From a virus, in the IMG/VR virus record IMGVR_UViG_3300023179_000038, positions 32,001 through 96,000 of that record: 64,000 nt of DNA; one strand, given 5' to 3'. A model generated the notes under the pieces. That model ran no database searches, was not told the DNA's origin, and saw only the letters and a program-made list of their open reading frames with translations. The translations under genes were made by a program, and so were the position numbers. Within the stretch, counting starts at the first letter, position 1. Each line of letters begins with the position of its first letter. Shown piece by piece: positions 1 through 9,093 of the stretch.

Positions 1-631
1 CAGCCAAAACGTTTGTGCTTGCTCCAATAGTTGCTTGTAAAGCATTTACCGCATTTTGTGCATTGTCAATTGCAATATTTGCTTGAGTTAATTCTGTTTG
101 TGCGTTTGCCTGTGCTGCTACCGCCTCTGCCTTAGCAAGTCCTGCTTCTGATACTGCTGTTTGAGCCTGAGTAATTTGTGTTCCTAAATTGGTTATGGCT
201 GTCGTTGCAACAACTACGGTATCTTTTGCATCTTGTACTGTCTGAGAACTTTGATCTATGGGGGTAACTGATAAATCAACATTATTGATAGTATTAATAG
301 ATGTCTGAACATCATTTACTGCTGAATTAGCAATTGATATTTTTGATGATATTTCTGCAACAATAGGTTGGGCTTGAGACAGTTCGGTTTGTGCTTGTGA
401 TACCTCTACTGCAGCATTGTTTGTGGCTGTAATGGCCTGTTGAACCTCTGTAGTAGCCGTTGCAAGGGCGCTGTTGACTGCTTGTTGAGCAGGACTAACA
501 ATGACCTGTTCTTGGTTTTCTGTAGCGCCAGCGCTATCTGGTGCCATAATTCCAAATACTGTTATAACTAGGCTTGAGCCAATAAAAAATAGCAGTCTTT
601 TCTTTATTTTACTCAATTGTGTATGGGTCAA
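1..631 (-). CDS. Secreted Ala/Gln/Thr-rich coiled-coil surface protein, 3' end outside the window
   Basis: Manual translation (not in ORF track): TTG start at 631 or 616, then KIKKRLLFFIGSSLVITVFGIMAPDSAGA signal peptide and an A/Q/T-rich helical region, open to position 1. Confidence 0.75.
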   Translation of the reverse strand, partial: MTHTQLSKIKKRLLFFIGSSLVITVFGIMAPDSAGATENQEQVIVSPAQQAVNSALATATTEVQQAITATNNAAVEVSQAQTELSQAQPIVAEISSKISIANSAVNDVQTSINTINNVDLSVTPIDQSSQTVQDAKDTVVVATTAITNLGTQITQAQTAVSEAGLAKAEAVAAQANAQTELTQANIAIDNAQNAVNALQATIGASTNVLA

Positions 632-694
632 CTCCAATTTTAAAATTATAAATGTATTATATCATTAATTATATAATAATTGATTTTTAATAAT

Positions 695-726
695 AAAAAA
701 AGAGGGTAGAAGTTAATCTACCCTCT
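695..726 (-). terminator. Rho-independent terminator
   Basis: Perfect 10-bp stem AGAGGGTAGA/TCTACCCTCT with 6-nt loop, followed by a T-run on the minus strand just after the stop at 743. Confidence 0.85.
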
Positions 727-742
727 AATTTATAGAAGTTAA

Positions 743-2431
743 TTACTTTTTCTTATATCCTGTAGGACATACTGGTGCAATGGCAGTAACTTTCTTAGTT
801 AACTTACCCTTAACACAAGTAATTGTTTTCTTAGGAGCAATCATTAATTGAAGTTGCTCAATTTGTTTTGTAATAGATGCAATAAGTGCTACGATTCCAT
901 TTAGAACCTCAGCATTACTAATTGCTCCATCAGCAATCTTATAAGAAACAGTCTTTGCTGAATCTGTTGCAACATATGCTGGAAGATCAACGATCAAATT
1001 ATATGAACCATTGACATTACCAACAGTAAACTTATATGTCTTAACACCTTGAGCAAATGTATCTGCTGATGTTGGGGCAGCAACTGCTGTCAGTCCACCA
1101 CCAGAAATAGCAACGTTAGATCCTACTGTAGCAGTATCAGCAACCTTTGCACCATTAATATCTGTTGCAGAAATTGTCAATGTAGCAATTTCTCCTGGAA
1201 CATAAGAGTTCTTGTCAAGAGATGCTGTGTACTTATTTACACCAAGACCGCAAGCAGCAATAAATTCATTTGAATAAATTTCTGACAGGTCTGAAAGGAC
1301 GTGCTTGATTCGTACAACAGATGATCCTGATGTAGAAGCACATGTCCAACCACCAGTTGCAACAGCAGTAGCAGATGATGATCCGCCTACTGAAACTGCA
1401 GTAACTTGTGATGTGTACTTAGTTGTATCAGCAGTTGGAGTAATACCAGCCAACTGATTTCCAGCAGCATCATTAACTACAAAGTCATAGGTTCCTGTAC
1501 GTGCTCCACCAGATAACGCAATGTCAACTCCTGTTACAGATATTGACGCTGGACGACCTGTAAAAGTAACACTCTTGGTTGCAAGAACTGTTCCATTAAA
1601 TGTAATGGTAATTGTAGTTGATAATGGTTTGTTTGCATTAGCAGTACCTTGAGTTACATAAAGTACTCCTGATACGCCAGTTTTGGCTGCAGAAGATACC
1701 TGAACTGAAGGTGCTGCATCAAAATTAACAACTGCGCCGTTTGTAGCGGTTGCTTGTATAACACCAGATGTAGATAGTTGTGCAGCATAAGCATCCATTG
1801 CACGAATATTTACATATGCTGTTCCACCATCTGAAACTGTTGTTGAACCAGCAACATCAACACTAGATGTTAGTGTTCCTGCTGTTGATGTATCTTGTAC
1901 ACGAACATAAGAATCTGCTACAGACAATACATTTGTCTTTGCAGTTGTTCCTGCATAAATTGTTTTAATATCAATTGTAGAAGTGGTTGATCCAACCTTC
2001 TTCTTTTGTGTTACAGTTACAGTGCCCGCACCATTAACAGTTAATTTAACATTTGTTGGTAAATTTACTGCTGTTGATGTTGTTGCTGTAAATGTAAACA
2101 ACTTACCCAAATTAGTTAATGTAACACCAGTTGGGTTTGAGCCTGCTGCTGTGTAATCAGTAAATGTTGCAGGACCAGAAATTTCCAACGTAACATTGTC
2201 ATCTGCTGTTGCAGCCAAAGTATCGCTTGTAGTTAATACAACAACTGCATTAACTCCAGATTCTGCCTTGGTTGTGTCTGCTAATACTGTTACTCCACGA
2301 GCACCACTTGCAAGTGTATCTGATAAAACGTATCCGTTAGATACCGCTGCAGATGCTTGAGGAACAGCAATTAAAAATGTGCTTGCTACGGCTGCAGCCA
2401 TAACTGAAGCAATCTTCTTAAATGAATTCAT
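743..2431 (-). CDS. Secreted S-layer/Ig-like surface protein with acI-type C-terminal motif
   Basis: Signal peptide, T/S/A/V/G-rich beta-sandwich composition, C-terminal amphipathic helix then KKTITCVKGKLTKKVTAIAPVCPTGYKKK; AAGGAG RBS. Confidence 0.7.
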   Translation of the reverse strand: MNSFKKIASVMAAAVASTFLIAVPQASAAVSNGYVLSDTLASGARGVTVLADTTKAESGVNAVVVLTTSDTLAATADDNVTLEISGPATFTDYTAAGSNPTGVTLTNLGKLFTFTATTSTAVNLPTNVKLTVNGAGTVTVTQKKKVGSTTSTIDIKTIYAGTTAKTNVLSVADSYVRVQDTSTAGTLTSSVDVAGSTTVSDGGTAYVNIRAMDAYAAQLSTSGVIQATATNGAVVNFDAAPSVQVSSAAKTGVSGVLYVTQGTANANKPLSTTITITFNGTVLATKSVTFTGRPASISVTGVDIALSGGARTGTYDFVVNDAAGNQLAGITPTADTTKYTSQVTAVSVGGSSSATAVATGGWTCASTSGSSVVRIKHVLSDLSEIYSNEFIAACGLGVNKYTASLDKNSYVPGEIATLTISATDINGAKVADTATVGSNVAISGGGLTAVAAPTSADTFAQGVKTYKFTVGNVNGSYNLIVDLPAYVATDSAKTVSYKIADGAISNAEVLNGIVALIASITKQIEQLQLMIAPKKTITCVKGKLTKKVTAIAPVCPTGYKKK

Positions 2432-2447
2432 TTTTCTCCTTATATTT

Positions 2448-4229
2448 TTATATTAAATTGAATCTATCCAAATAGTCTTTTACGTCATCTGGCATAGGCT
2501 TATATTGTATCACGTTTTCAGGTAGGTCGTCAACTCGCTTTGGTCTATCTTTGAATGTATGAACCTCAATTTCTTGATTAATATTTTTGGGGGTAAAACT
2601 AATAGCCCCAAATACTGCACCACAAACTGCATCTGCCAAGTCTTTAGATTTTTTACGTGGATGATCCACTTTTTTATCATTAATAATTTTTAATTCAGCA
2701 AGTTCTTCTAGCAATAAAGGTATCATTGGCATAGCAAGTCTTTCTTCATACACCAACATAGCAAAATCTTCGTAATGTTTTTTAGCAACAGAAATAGTCT
2801 CAGTTTTTATTCCTACAGATTTTAATTCATTTTGTATATCAAAAGACTGCCATCTATCAAATGACACCAATCCAATATTAAAGCCACTTCTTCTTAAATT
2901 AATTATCCAATTTTTAACATCACTTAAATTGACTGGACCCTCAACTTTTGGTTCCCACCAAGCAACTGCATCAACTACAACAATTGGTGCTACCTGTTGA
3001 TAATCTTTTAATACTTGAACACTTACCCACTTATCAACATGAGCAATTGCGACTGCACATTTATCATGTTTTTGTGCAAGGTCAGCGTGAATATAATATA
3101 TTTTTTCTGGATCTGGCTTAAAAGAATTATCAAACCTTTTTGAATTATCTAATGGATTTCTTAGTGACATGCATAACTCTAACTTTTCTCTTTGTTTAAA
3201 AAAAGCATCTGATGAATAAGTTGGTTTGCAGGCAAATCTCATCATTGCATCCCCTAAGTCAGTAAAAAATGATAACTTAAAATCTTCTATATTCCTAGTA
3301 GGATTAACTTCCCATGTTGGTTTTTTTAATGCAAATATTCCTGGAAATTTATATGATAATATATTATCTTCATCCCAAGATATTTCAAAAGTATTGTCTG
3401 GTTGTTCTTCTGGTAATGCTGGATTAATTATAAACTTATGTGTTTTTTGAATAACTTCTTTTTCTGCTATAACATCTTCATATCTTTTTGATATAAAATC
3501 TCCGACATATCTAGGAAAAGATAATAAAGCAACCTTTCCTAAATCTGGAAAACGAGAATCTACTGAACCACGAAATGCTTTATAAATATTTTCAGCAGTT
3601 TTACCTTGTTCGTTTCCTGTTCCCACTTCTGAAGCAAAACCAGAAATTTCATCCAGTACGGCAAGAATTAGATTTAATCCTTCGTGTGATTCTCTTTCTG
3701 AATGTCCAGAATAAACTGTAATTGATTTATTAAATTCAATACTGTCTGCTTTTGCATAAAACTTGCCAGCAAACCATGGAGATGACTCTATTTTAGTTTT
3801 AAAACCTTTAAAAAAAACATTCTTTGCTTGTTGAGCATTGATTGCCACATTAATGATATCAATTGCATCTCCAGATGGTTTTCCAAAATACCTGGCTGGA
3901 TCTTTTAAACATAATAATTTGTATACTAAATATGCACATCCTACGGTAGATGTAAAGTCTTTTCCGCTACCCTTTCCTAATTGAAGAATGATTTCATTTT
4001 TAGTATATTTCTTATAATATGCACTTCCATCATTTTCACCCATCAATGTTTCTAAATCTTTTTGATAATAAATCTGACTCATTGCTTCTACAATACTGTA
4101 CTGTATTGCTGAAAGAGGTGGCTGATTTAAAAAATTTTCTGACTCTACAAAAGTTTTTACATCTACTGGAGTTTCTTCAAAAACATCATCATTTAAAGCC
4201 TCAATAAAATCATTAAACATTGTGGACAA
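2448..4229 (-). CDS. terL: Terminase large subunit
   Basis: Walker A GKGSGKD, Walker B LAVLDE, nuclease motifs HADLA, FDRWQS, KDLADA. Confidence 0.92.
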   Translation of the reverse strand: MSTMFNDFIEALNDDVFEETPVDVKTFVESENFLNQPPLSAIQYSIVEAMSQIYYQKDLETLMGENDGSAYYKKYTKNEIILQLGKGSGKDFTSTVGCAYLVYKLLCLKDPARYFGKPSGDAIDIINVAINAQQAKNVFFKGFKTKIESSPWFAGKFYAKADSIEFNKSITVYSGHSERESHEGLNLILAVLDEISGFASEVGTGNEQGKTAENIYKAFRGSVDSRFPDLGKVALLSFPRYVGDFISKRYEDVIAEKEVIQKTHKFIINPALPEEQPDNTFEISWDEDNILSYKFPGIFALKKPTWEVNPTRNIEDFKLSFFTDLGDAMMRFACKPTYSSDAFFKQREKLELCMSLRNPLDNSKRFDNSFKPDPEKIYYIHADLAQKHDKCAVAIAHVDKWVSVQVLKDYQQVAPIVVVDAVAWWEPKVEGPVNLSDVKNWIINLRRSGFNIGLVSFDRWQSFDIQNELKSVGIKTETISVAKKHYEDFAMLVYEERLAMPMIPLLLEELAELKIINDKKVDHPRKKSKDLADAVCGAVFGAISFTPKNINQEIEVHTFKDRPKRVDDLPENVIQYKPMPDDVKDYLDRFNLI

Positions 4230-4746
4230 CGGTTATGACCTCATTTTCTTTAGCAATTTCAGAAAGTTTTTTCATAATCTTATTTCTTATTTCTGGATGT
4301 TCACTAGCAATATCTTTTAATATTTCTATTAATGCTTGTTGACGTTTTTCAATTTCAACCATCTCTTCAGCAAGTTCTTTATTTTCTAAAAGACCAGCCT
4401 TTTGTAGCATTTCAATTCTAGATTTTTCAATATCTACAACTAACTTTATTCCTTGGGTTTTTGCAGACAGATTATTTGTTAAACTTGCTTCATCAATTAC
4501 TTCATATGCCCTTGTAATTAACTTACCATAATGTGCATCCATTGATGCTAGTGCTTCTTTTGCTCTTGCACGAATAGCATCATTTGCAGATGCCATAACC
4601 TTCCACTCATTAATTAATGCAACAACACGAGTGCGTGGTATATCTAATTCCTTAGATATTTTTGTTGGATCATTACCCTTTAAGTATTCTTCAACAACTT
4701 TATTAACTTCATCTAAATGATCAATTAATTGTTTTTCAGTTGACAT
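4213..4746 (-). CDS. HTH protein, probable terminase small subunit
   Basis: N-terminal HTH (PTKISKELDIPRTRV) plus coiled coil; overlaps the terL start. Confidence 0.55.
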   Translation of the reverse strand: MSTEKQLIDHLDEVNKVVEEYLKGNDPTKISKELDIPRTRVVALINEWKVMASANDAIRARAKEALASMDAHYGKLITRAYEVIDEASLTNNLSAKTQGIKLVVDIEKSRIEMLQKAGLLENKELAEEMVEIEKRQQALIEILKDIASEHPEIRNKIMKKLSEIAKENEVITVVHNV

Positions 4747-5071
4747 TTTCTTCCTTTGCCACCTTTAATAAAATTAAATAGCCAATTAAATCATCAATAT
4801 CGTTATCGCCAACGTATTCTGTGCCTTTCATTAAACGACTTAATTTATCATCAATTCTTACCTTAAGTTGTTCTACAGGATCTGATTTACTAAAAATTCT
4901 AATAGGATCTAGTGCAGAGTCTCCGTATGCAATATTTTTATCAATTAACATTTGTGCAATTGAATGGCAAGCCTGCCAAATTTTATTTCCAGATGGTGCT
5001 GAAATAGAATGTAAATAAAGATCGTCACAATTAAAATCTCTTACATCTTCAAATACTGGATTCAGTTTCAT
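4736..5071 (-). CDS. DUF1599/nucleotide-modification-associated domain 1-like protein
   Basis: KNIAYGDS...VRIDDKLSRL...DDLIGYLILL motif; start placed at MKLNP after GGGAGG. Confidence 0.6.
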   Translation of the reverse strand: MKLNPVFEDVRDFNCDDLYLHSISAPSGNKIWQACHSIAQMLIDKNIAYGDSALDPIRIFSKSDPVEQLKVRIDDKLSRLMKGTEYVGDNDIDDLIGYLILLKVAKEENVN

Positions 5072-5183
5072 CATCCTCCCATTCAAATGCTTCTGGTATT
5101 CCTTTGAGTGCAGTAATAACATAGGTAACCCCAACAGCCCCCATAACACCAAGTGCTATTAATATTTTTTTTGTTTTACTCAT
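5049..5183 (-). CDS. Small membrane protein (44 aa)
   Basis: MSKTKKILIALGVMGAVGVTYVITAL TM helix; ATGA overlap with upstream gene. Confidence 0.6.
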   Translation of the reverse strand: MSKTKKILIALGVMGAVGVTYVITALKGIPEAFEWEDDETESSI

Positions 5184-5335
5184 CTTTTTGATTTCCTTAA
5201 TCCAAATTTTGCAAGATATACATAGATTGTTTCTACGCTTGCCCCGCATTCTTTAGCAATATCTTGTGCAGACTTTTTATCCATAAGATATCTCTTACGA
5301 AGCCAAGTTTCACTTGTATATAGTTTAGCAGCCAT
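5180..5335 (-). CDS. Small HTH DNA-binding protein (51 aa)
   Basis: Manual translation MAAKLYTSETWLRKRYLMDKKSAQDIAKECGASVETIYVYLAKFGLRKSKR; AAGGAG RBS; below the ORF-track cutoff. Confidence 0.75.
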   Translation of the reverse strand: MAAKLYTSETWLRKRYLMDKKSAQDIAKECGASVETIYVYLAKFGLRKSKR

Positions 5336-5337
5336 AA

Positions 5338-5913
5338 CTACTCTTTGTCAAGTCCAATTGATTTATCCCAGTTATTAATAGCCCAATGACCAATAGCAAC
5401 TGCATCTGCCACATCATAATCTTCAATGTTTTTATCATACAATATGTTCAATAACTTTATTGTTCTTTTCTTTCTAAAATCTCTTTCATATGCCTTGTAC
5501 CAGGATGCAGATTTTCCAGGATTACTACTTCTAATTGCTAACTGCTCTTCTTTATTTAATTTCTTGTTTCCTAAATAATTTTGCCAAGTTATTGGTGATA
5601 CTTTTCCAATTGTTTTTATATTGGACAGGCCTGCCCCCCCTATAATGCCACCCTGAACCAATGCAAGATCTGCTGCAGTTTTTGGAGAATTCATGAAAAC
5701 TGTATGTTCAATAACAACAGCATTTATATTTTGATAATGATCAAATAATGCCTTTGTCTTTTTTGTTGCATCTTGAACTTTTTCATATATACTATTTCCA
5801 TCAAAATTTATTTTTCCATATTGAAATATTTTATCATTTGAGTATATGCAAAAAGCAAGATTGTTTGTGCTGGCATCAATAGAAAATATATTATAATTTT
5901 TATTGTTTGTCAT
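5338..5913 (-). CDS. RuvC-like Holliday junction resolvase
   Basis: SIDAS, VVIE, DVADAVAI acidic motifs of the RuvC fold. Confidence 0.75.
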   Translation of the reverse strand: MTNNKNYNIFSIDASTNNLAFCIYSNDKIFQYGKINFDGNSIYEKVQDATKKTKALFDHYQNINAVVIEHTVFMNSPKTAADLALVQGGIIGGAGLSNIKTIGKVSPITWQNYLGNKKLNKEEQLAIRSSNPGKSASWYKAYERDFRKKRTIKLLNILYDKNIEDYDVADAVAIGHWAINNWDKSIGLDKE

Positions 5914-6184
5914 TAATTATATCCTTTATATTCTTTAATGCTTTATTGACATCCTTTGGATTTATTTGACAAAAATTGCACAAAACCTCATCATTGTATA
6001 TGGACAAAGGATTGTTACATGATTTACATTTTCTTTCTTTACCTTTACGTTTTTGCCTTCTTACAATACTATATCTTGCAGCAATTTTTTCTTTTGTTGC
6101 CTGATCTCTGCACTCAACAGAACAATATATCTGATAGGATATTGATGTTATAAAATCATTATTACACCAACTACAGTTCTTCAT
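5900..6184 (-). CDS. Cys-rich zinc-binding hypothetical protein
   Basis: CxxC/CxxxC pairs (CSWC, CSVEC, CKSC, CNFC). Confidence 0.6.
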   Translation of the reverse strand: MKNCSWCNNDFITSISYQIYCSVECRDQATKEKIAARYSIVRRQKRKGKERKCKSCNNPLSIYNDEVLCNFCQINPKDVNKALKNIKDIINDKQ

Positions 6185-7031
6185 CTTTCAATAACTCCAG
6201 TGGTTTAATTTTTATGCTTCCTTCTTCCGCCTCAGAACATGCTTTTTGAATTGGACAAACCTTACATATCTTAGAATTTGATCTATATGTTTTTTGTGGA
6301 ATAGTTTGTTTTTCCCACGCACTTCTAACCAACCTCATCCAATCAAATGCTTGATCTAACCACTTTAAATAATGATTGTTTATTTTTACAGGTAAAACTA
6401 ACAACTCGTGATTATTTTTGTTTTCATAAATTATTACACCTTTATCTTTTTTCAAAATTTTCATGTACATAAGTAATTGCATTAGGTGTCCAGTTTTAGG
6501 TTTACGACTAACCTTTTTATATTCAAAGCCATCATTAGGCATTGTTTTTATTTCGCCAAGAATTGTTTCATTGTTATAATTTAACATAACATCGCCATAC
6601 CCACTGATTGGTGGATCTTGATATTTAATTTTAAACTCTAATGCTGGATGTATTTGTTTTTTATATTTGCTAGGCTCTGAATCAAATTCCATTCCCTCTT
6701 GCAATATGCCAGAATTCAGTATTGCATCTTGAATTCTATCGTGACCAAGAGTTCCTTGAGTTCTATTTGCCACCCCATATGCATCTGAGTTATCATAAAA
6801 TACTGCACCATCAAATGCTAGATACCAATATCTTGCACACTCTCCCGCCCCATAAACTATACTAGATGGGGCAAAGGTTGTCTTTTTTTGAAACTTTGGC
6901 TTAAGATTAGCAATATATCCAGATTGTATTTTTTCTGCCAACCCATCAGAAAAGGATAAGGACTCTGCTGATTGGTCAGCATTATTGTTTGAATCTTTTA
7001 ACATTATACTTTTTAATAAATTTTTTGTCAT
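6171..7031 (-). CDS. Cas4-like PD-(D/E)xK exonuclease
   Basis: ECARYWY, GYGD, GEIKT, QLLMYM, CKVCPIQKAC (four Fe-S cysteines). Confidence 0.82.
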   Translation of the reverse strand: MTKNLLKSIMLKDSNNNADQSAESLSFSDGLAEKIQSGYIANLKPKFQKKTTFAPSSIVYGAGECARYWYLAFDGAVFYDNSDAYGVANRTQGTLGHDRIQDAILNSGILQEGMEFDSEPSKYKKQIHPALEFKIKYQDPPISGYGDVMLNYNNETILGEIKTMPNDGFEYKKVSRKPKTGHLMQLLMYMKILKKDKGVIIYENKNNHELLVLPVKINNHYLKWLDQAFDWMRLVRSAWEKQTIPQKTYRSNSKICKVCPIQKACSEAEEGSIKIKPLELLKDEEL

Positions 7032-7065
7032 ATTAACTCGTCTCTATTACTATAAGTATAGCAGA

Positions 7066-7371
7066 TTAGCGTGTAATATATTTCAATGCAGACACTAGAT
7101 TGTTAAGTGATTCTGCTGCAGTGTAATAAAGGTTTTTTTTACCACGATCTGACTTGTCTACATTTGCCATCCAGGTTGCTTTAAAAGCCATCTTTGCTGC
7201 AATTGCTTGAAGTCTTACAATCTCTATGTGAACAACATTGATTGGAATATCTGGTTTAATAATAACCTTGGCAATAAATGTAAGAGCAGTAGTTAATTCT
7301 TCATCCTGCATATACTCTGCAATTTCAGACAAACCATTAACCATGCTTATAGTTGTTTCATTATTATCCAT
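7066..7371 (-). CDS. Phage hypothetical protein
   Basis: Helical ORF with GGAG RBS, coupled to neighbours. Confidence 0.6.
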   Translation of the reverse strand: MDNNETTISMVNGLSEIAEYMQDEELTTALTFIAKVIIKPDIPINVVHIEIVRLQAIAAKMAFKATWMANVDKSDRGKKNLYYTAAESLNNLVSALKYITR

Positions 7372-8062
7372 TTAATCTCCCAAACGTATTGTTTATTTTA
7401 TTTTCTTTAAAATATTTATTTGTCATTTCATTAAGATATTTAACTCTTTCTTTTCGTGCTTCTTCATTTCTTGACTCTAGATTTAAATTGTAATAATCTT
7501 GTAAATTAGAAAAGTGACAAGTTAACATTTTTACTTTATCGTCAATATTAAACTTTTGTTTTTCTCTCCAATGCAAGATACCAGCCCCCCAAAAAACTAA
7601 TAAATCCATGTACTCTAAAACAAACTTTTCTCCTTCTACAAATATTGGCCAATCTATTGTTTTGTCTAATTGATAATCAAAAGTTATTTTTGAATAATAG
7701 TTATCAGAGTCATAATGAAATGGAAGTTCTGATGTATCGTTTTTTCCAAAATCTGCACCAGAATATTCTAAATAACTGTTGTGAGTCATTACAACCTCTT
7801 CTCCACAAAGATTAGAAGCAATATTTTCAAGTTTCTTTTTAATATGATCTGGATAAACTAACTCTATATGCATCCTACCAAGATTATTTAAAATAATTTT
7901 TTGATAAAACTCATTGTCTCCATTGTAAGATTTAGCAGAATTAATTACATTTTGCATTTCTTCTACATCAGATTCTGATAAAACATTTTTAATTATTTGT
8001 GCTTTAAAATTATTTTTTGCAGCAAAAGGCTTTGCGTATTTGTTTATATAATTGCTTTCCAT
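7364..8062 (-). CDS. 2OG-Fe(II) oxygenase-like protein
   Basis: LPFHYD...WPIFVE...LHWRE (HxD...H..R); start at MESNY after GAGG. Confidence 0.7.
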   Translation of the reverse strand: MESNYINKYAKPFAAKNNFKAQIIKNVLSESDVEEMQNVINSAKSYNGDNEFYQKIILNNLGRMHIELVYPDHIKKKLENIASNLCGEEVVMTHNSYLEYSGADFGKNDTSELPFHYDSDNYYSKITFDYQLDKTIDWPIFVEGEKFVLEYMDLLVFWGAGILHWREKQKFNIDDKVKMLTCHFSNLQDYYNLNLESRNEEARKERVKYLNEMTNKYFKENKINNTFGRLNG

Positions 8063-8063
8063 A

Positions 8064-8609
8064 TTATTTTTCCTCTGTTTTAGCAAACTTAACTAATAAA
8101 ACTTTTTCAAAATCTGAATCAGACATTTTAATTATTGGTCTGTGATGATTTTGATTTACGGCATCAAAAACAACTGCTGAATTGTTTTTTAAAACAAAAC
8201 TTTCATTTTCTACAAATATTGGCCAAACAACATTTGTCTCTATGCAATAATCAATAATAACTGTATGAGACCCATGACCAGTATCTTTGTGAGGCATTAA
8301 CTTAGGATTTCCATACTTGTTCCTGTATTCTAGGTATGCCGTACTACCAACATAATGATAGTCAGTCCAGTTGTTTTCGATTACAATTTTTTTAAATTGA
8401 TCTAAGCATTCGTCTGATAGTGGTAAGTTTTGAATAAGAAGTCGACCTAAAGGTTTTATCCAAATTTTTAATGGATCTGTAATAGTTTTGTCATACCCTA
8501 TGTCTGTAAAATTCAAAGATTTAGAATAGTAATCAACTGAATCTTTTATTTCTTGAATACTTTTTTGGGTTAAGACATTTTCTACATACACATTATTAAA
8601 ATTAAACAT
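8064..8609 (-). CDS. 2OG-Fe(II) oxygenase-like protein
   Basis: LMPHKD...WPIFVE...HHRP; paralogue of the adjacent gene. Confidence 0.7.
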   Translation of the reverse strand: MFNFNNVYVENVLTQKSIQEIKDSVDYYSKSLNFTDIGYDKTITDPLKIWIKPLGRLLIQNLPLSDECLDQFKKIVIENNWTDYHYVGSTAYLEYRNKYGNPKLMPHKDTGHGSHTVIIDYCIETNVVWPIFVENESFVLKNNSAVVFDAVNQNHHRPIIKMSDSDFEKVLLVKFAKTEEK

Positions 8610-8633
8610 TTATGCTCCTCTTATTATACATAA

Positions 8634-8921
8634 TTATACACTATCTTCAACAATTTGTTCTAAAATACTCATCTCAATTATAGCAAGTCTGACTTTAGAA
8701 TTACCCTCGCCCATTACTACAACAATTGCTGGATCTTTGCCATTTTTTATAGCATCGGTTGTTGCCTTAGCCCATACTTCTTTGTTTAAAGTAAAAGACT
8801 TTCCAACCTCTTTAAAGTCTACAGTAAAATTTTCCCAAGATGCATCACCTTTATGTGTTCCACGTCCTGAGTTTTTATGCTGTTTAGCACCCATTCTTTT
8901 GCTTTCACTCTTCTCTGTCAT
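8634..8921 (-). CDS. Small PD-(D/E)xK nuclease (resolvase-like)
   Basis: NSGRG..KGD....VDFKE motif. Confidence 0.6.
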   Translation of the reverse strand: MTEKSESKRMGAKQHKNSGRGTHKGDASWENFTVDFKEVGKSFTLNKEVWAKATTDAIKNGKDPAIVVVMGEGNSKVRLAIIEMSILEQIVEDSV

Positions 8922-9093
8922 TTTTTTTCTTTGTCTTATATCCTATTTTAAAAAGTTGTATTTTAGATAAATGTTTATTAGAGCACATCCAAGAGGCTAT
9001 TCCTGTTTCCATGTAGACTCTAACAGTTTTAACTTCTTCGTTACAGTTTTTGCATGGAAACTTTCCTGGATATACACTAAACTTATTAGACAC
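8905..9093 (-). CDS. Small zinc-ribbon protein
   Basis: CKNC...CSNKH; overlaps both neighbours. Confidence 0.55.
   Translation of the reverse strand: MSNKFSVYPGKFPCKNCNEEVKTVRVYMETGIASWMCSNKHLSKIQLFKIGYKTKKKNDREE

Noticed and set aside
6171-7031. CRISPR-Cas system from the Cas4-like gene
   Set aside because: Stand-alone Cas4-like nucleases are common in phage recombination modules; no other cas genes or array
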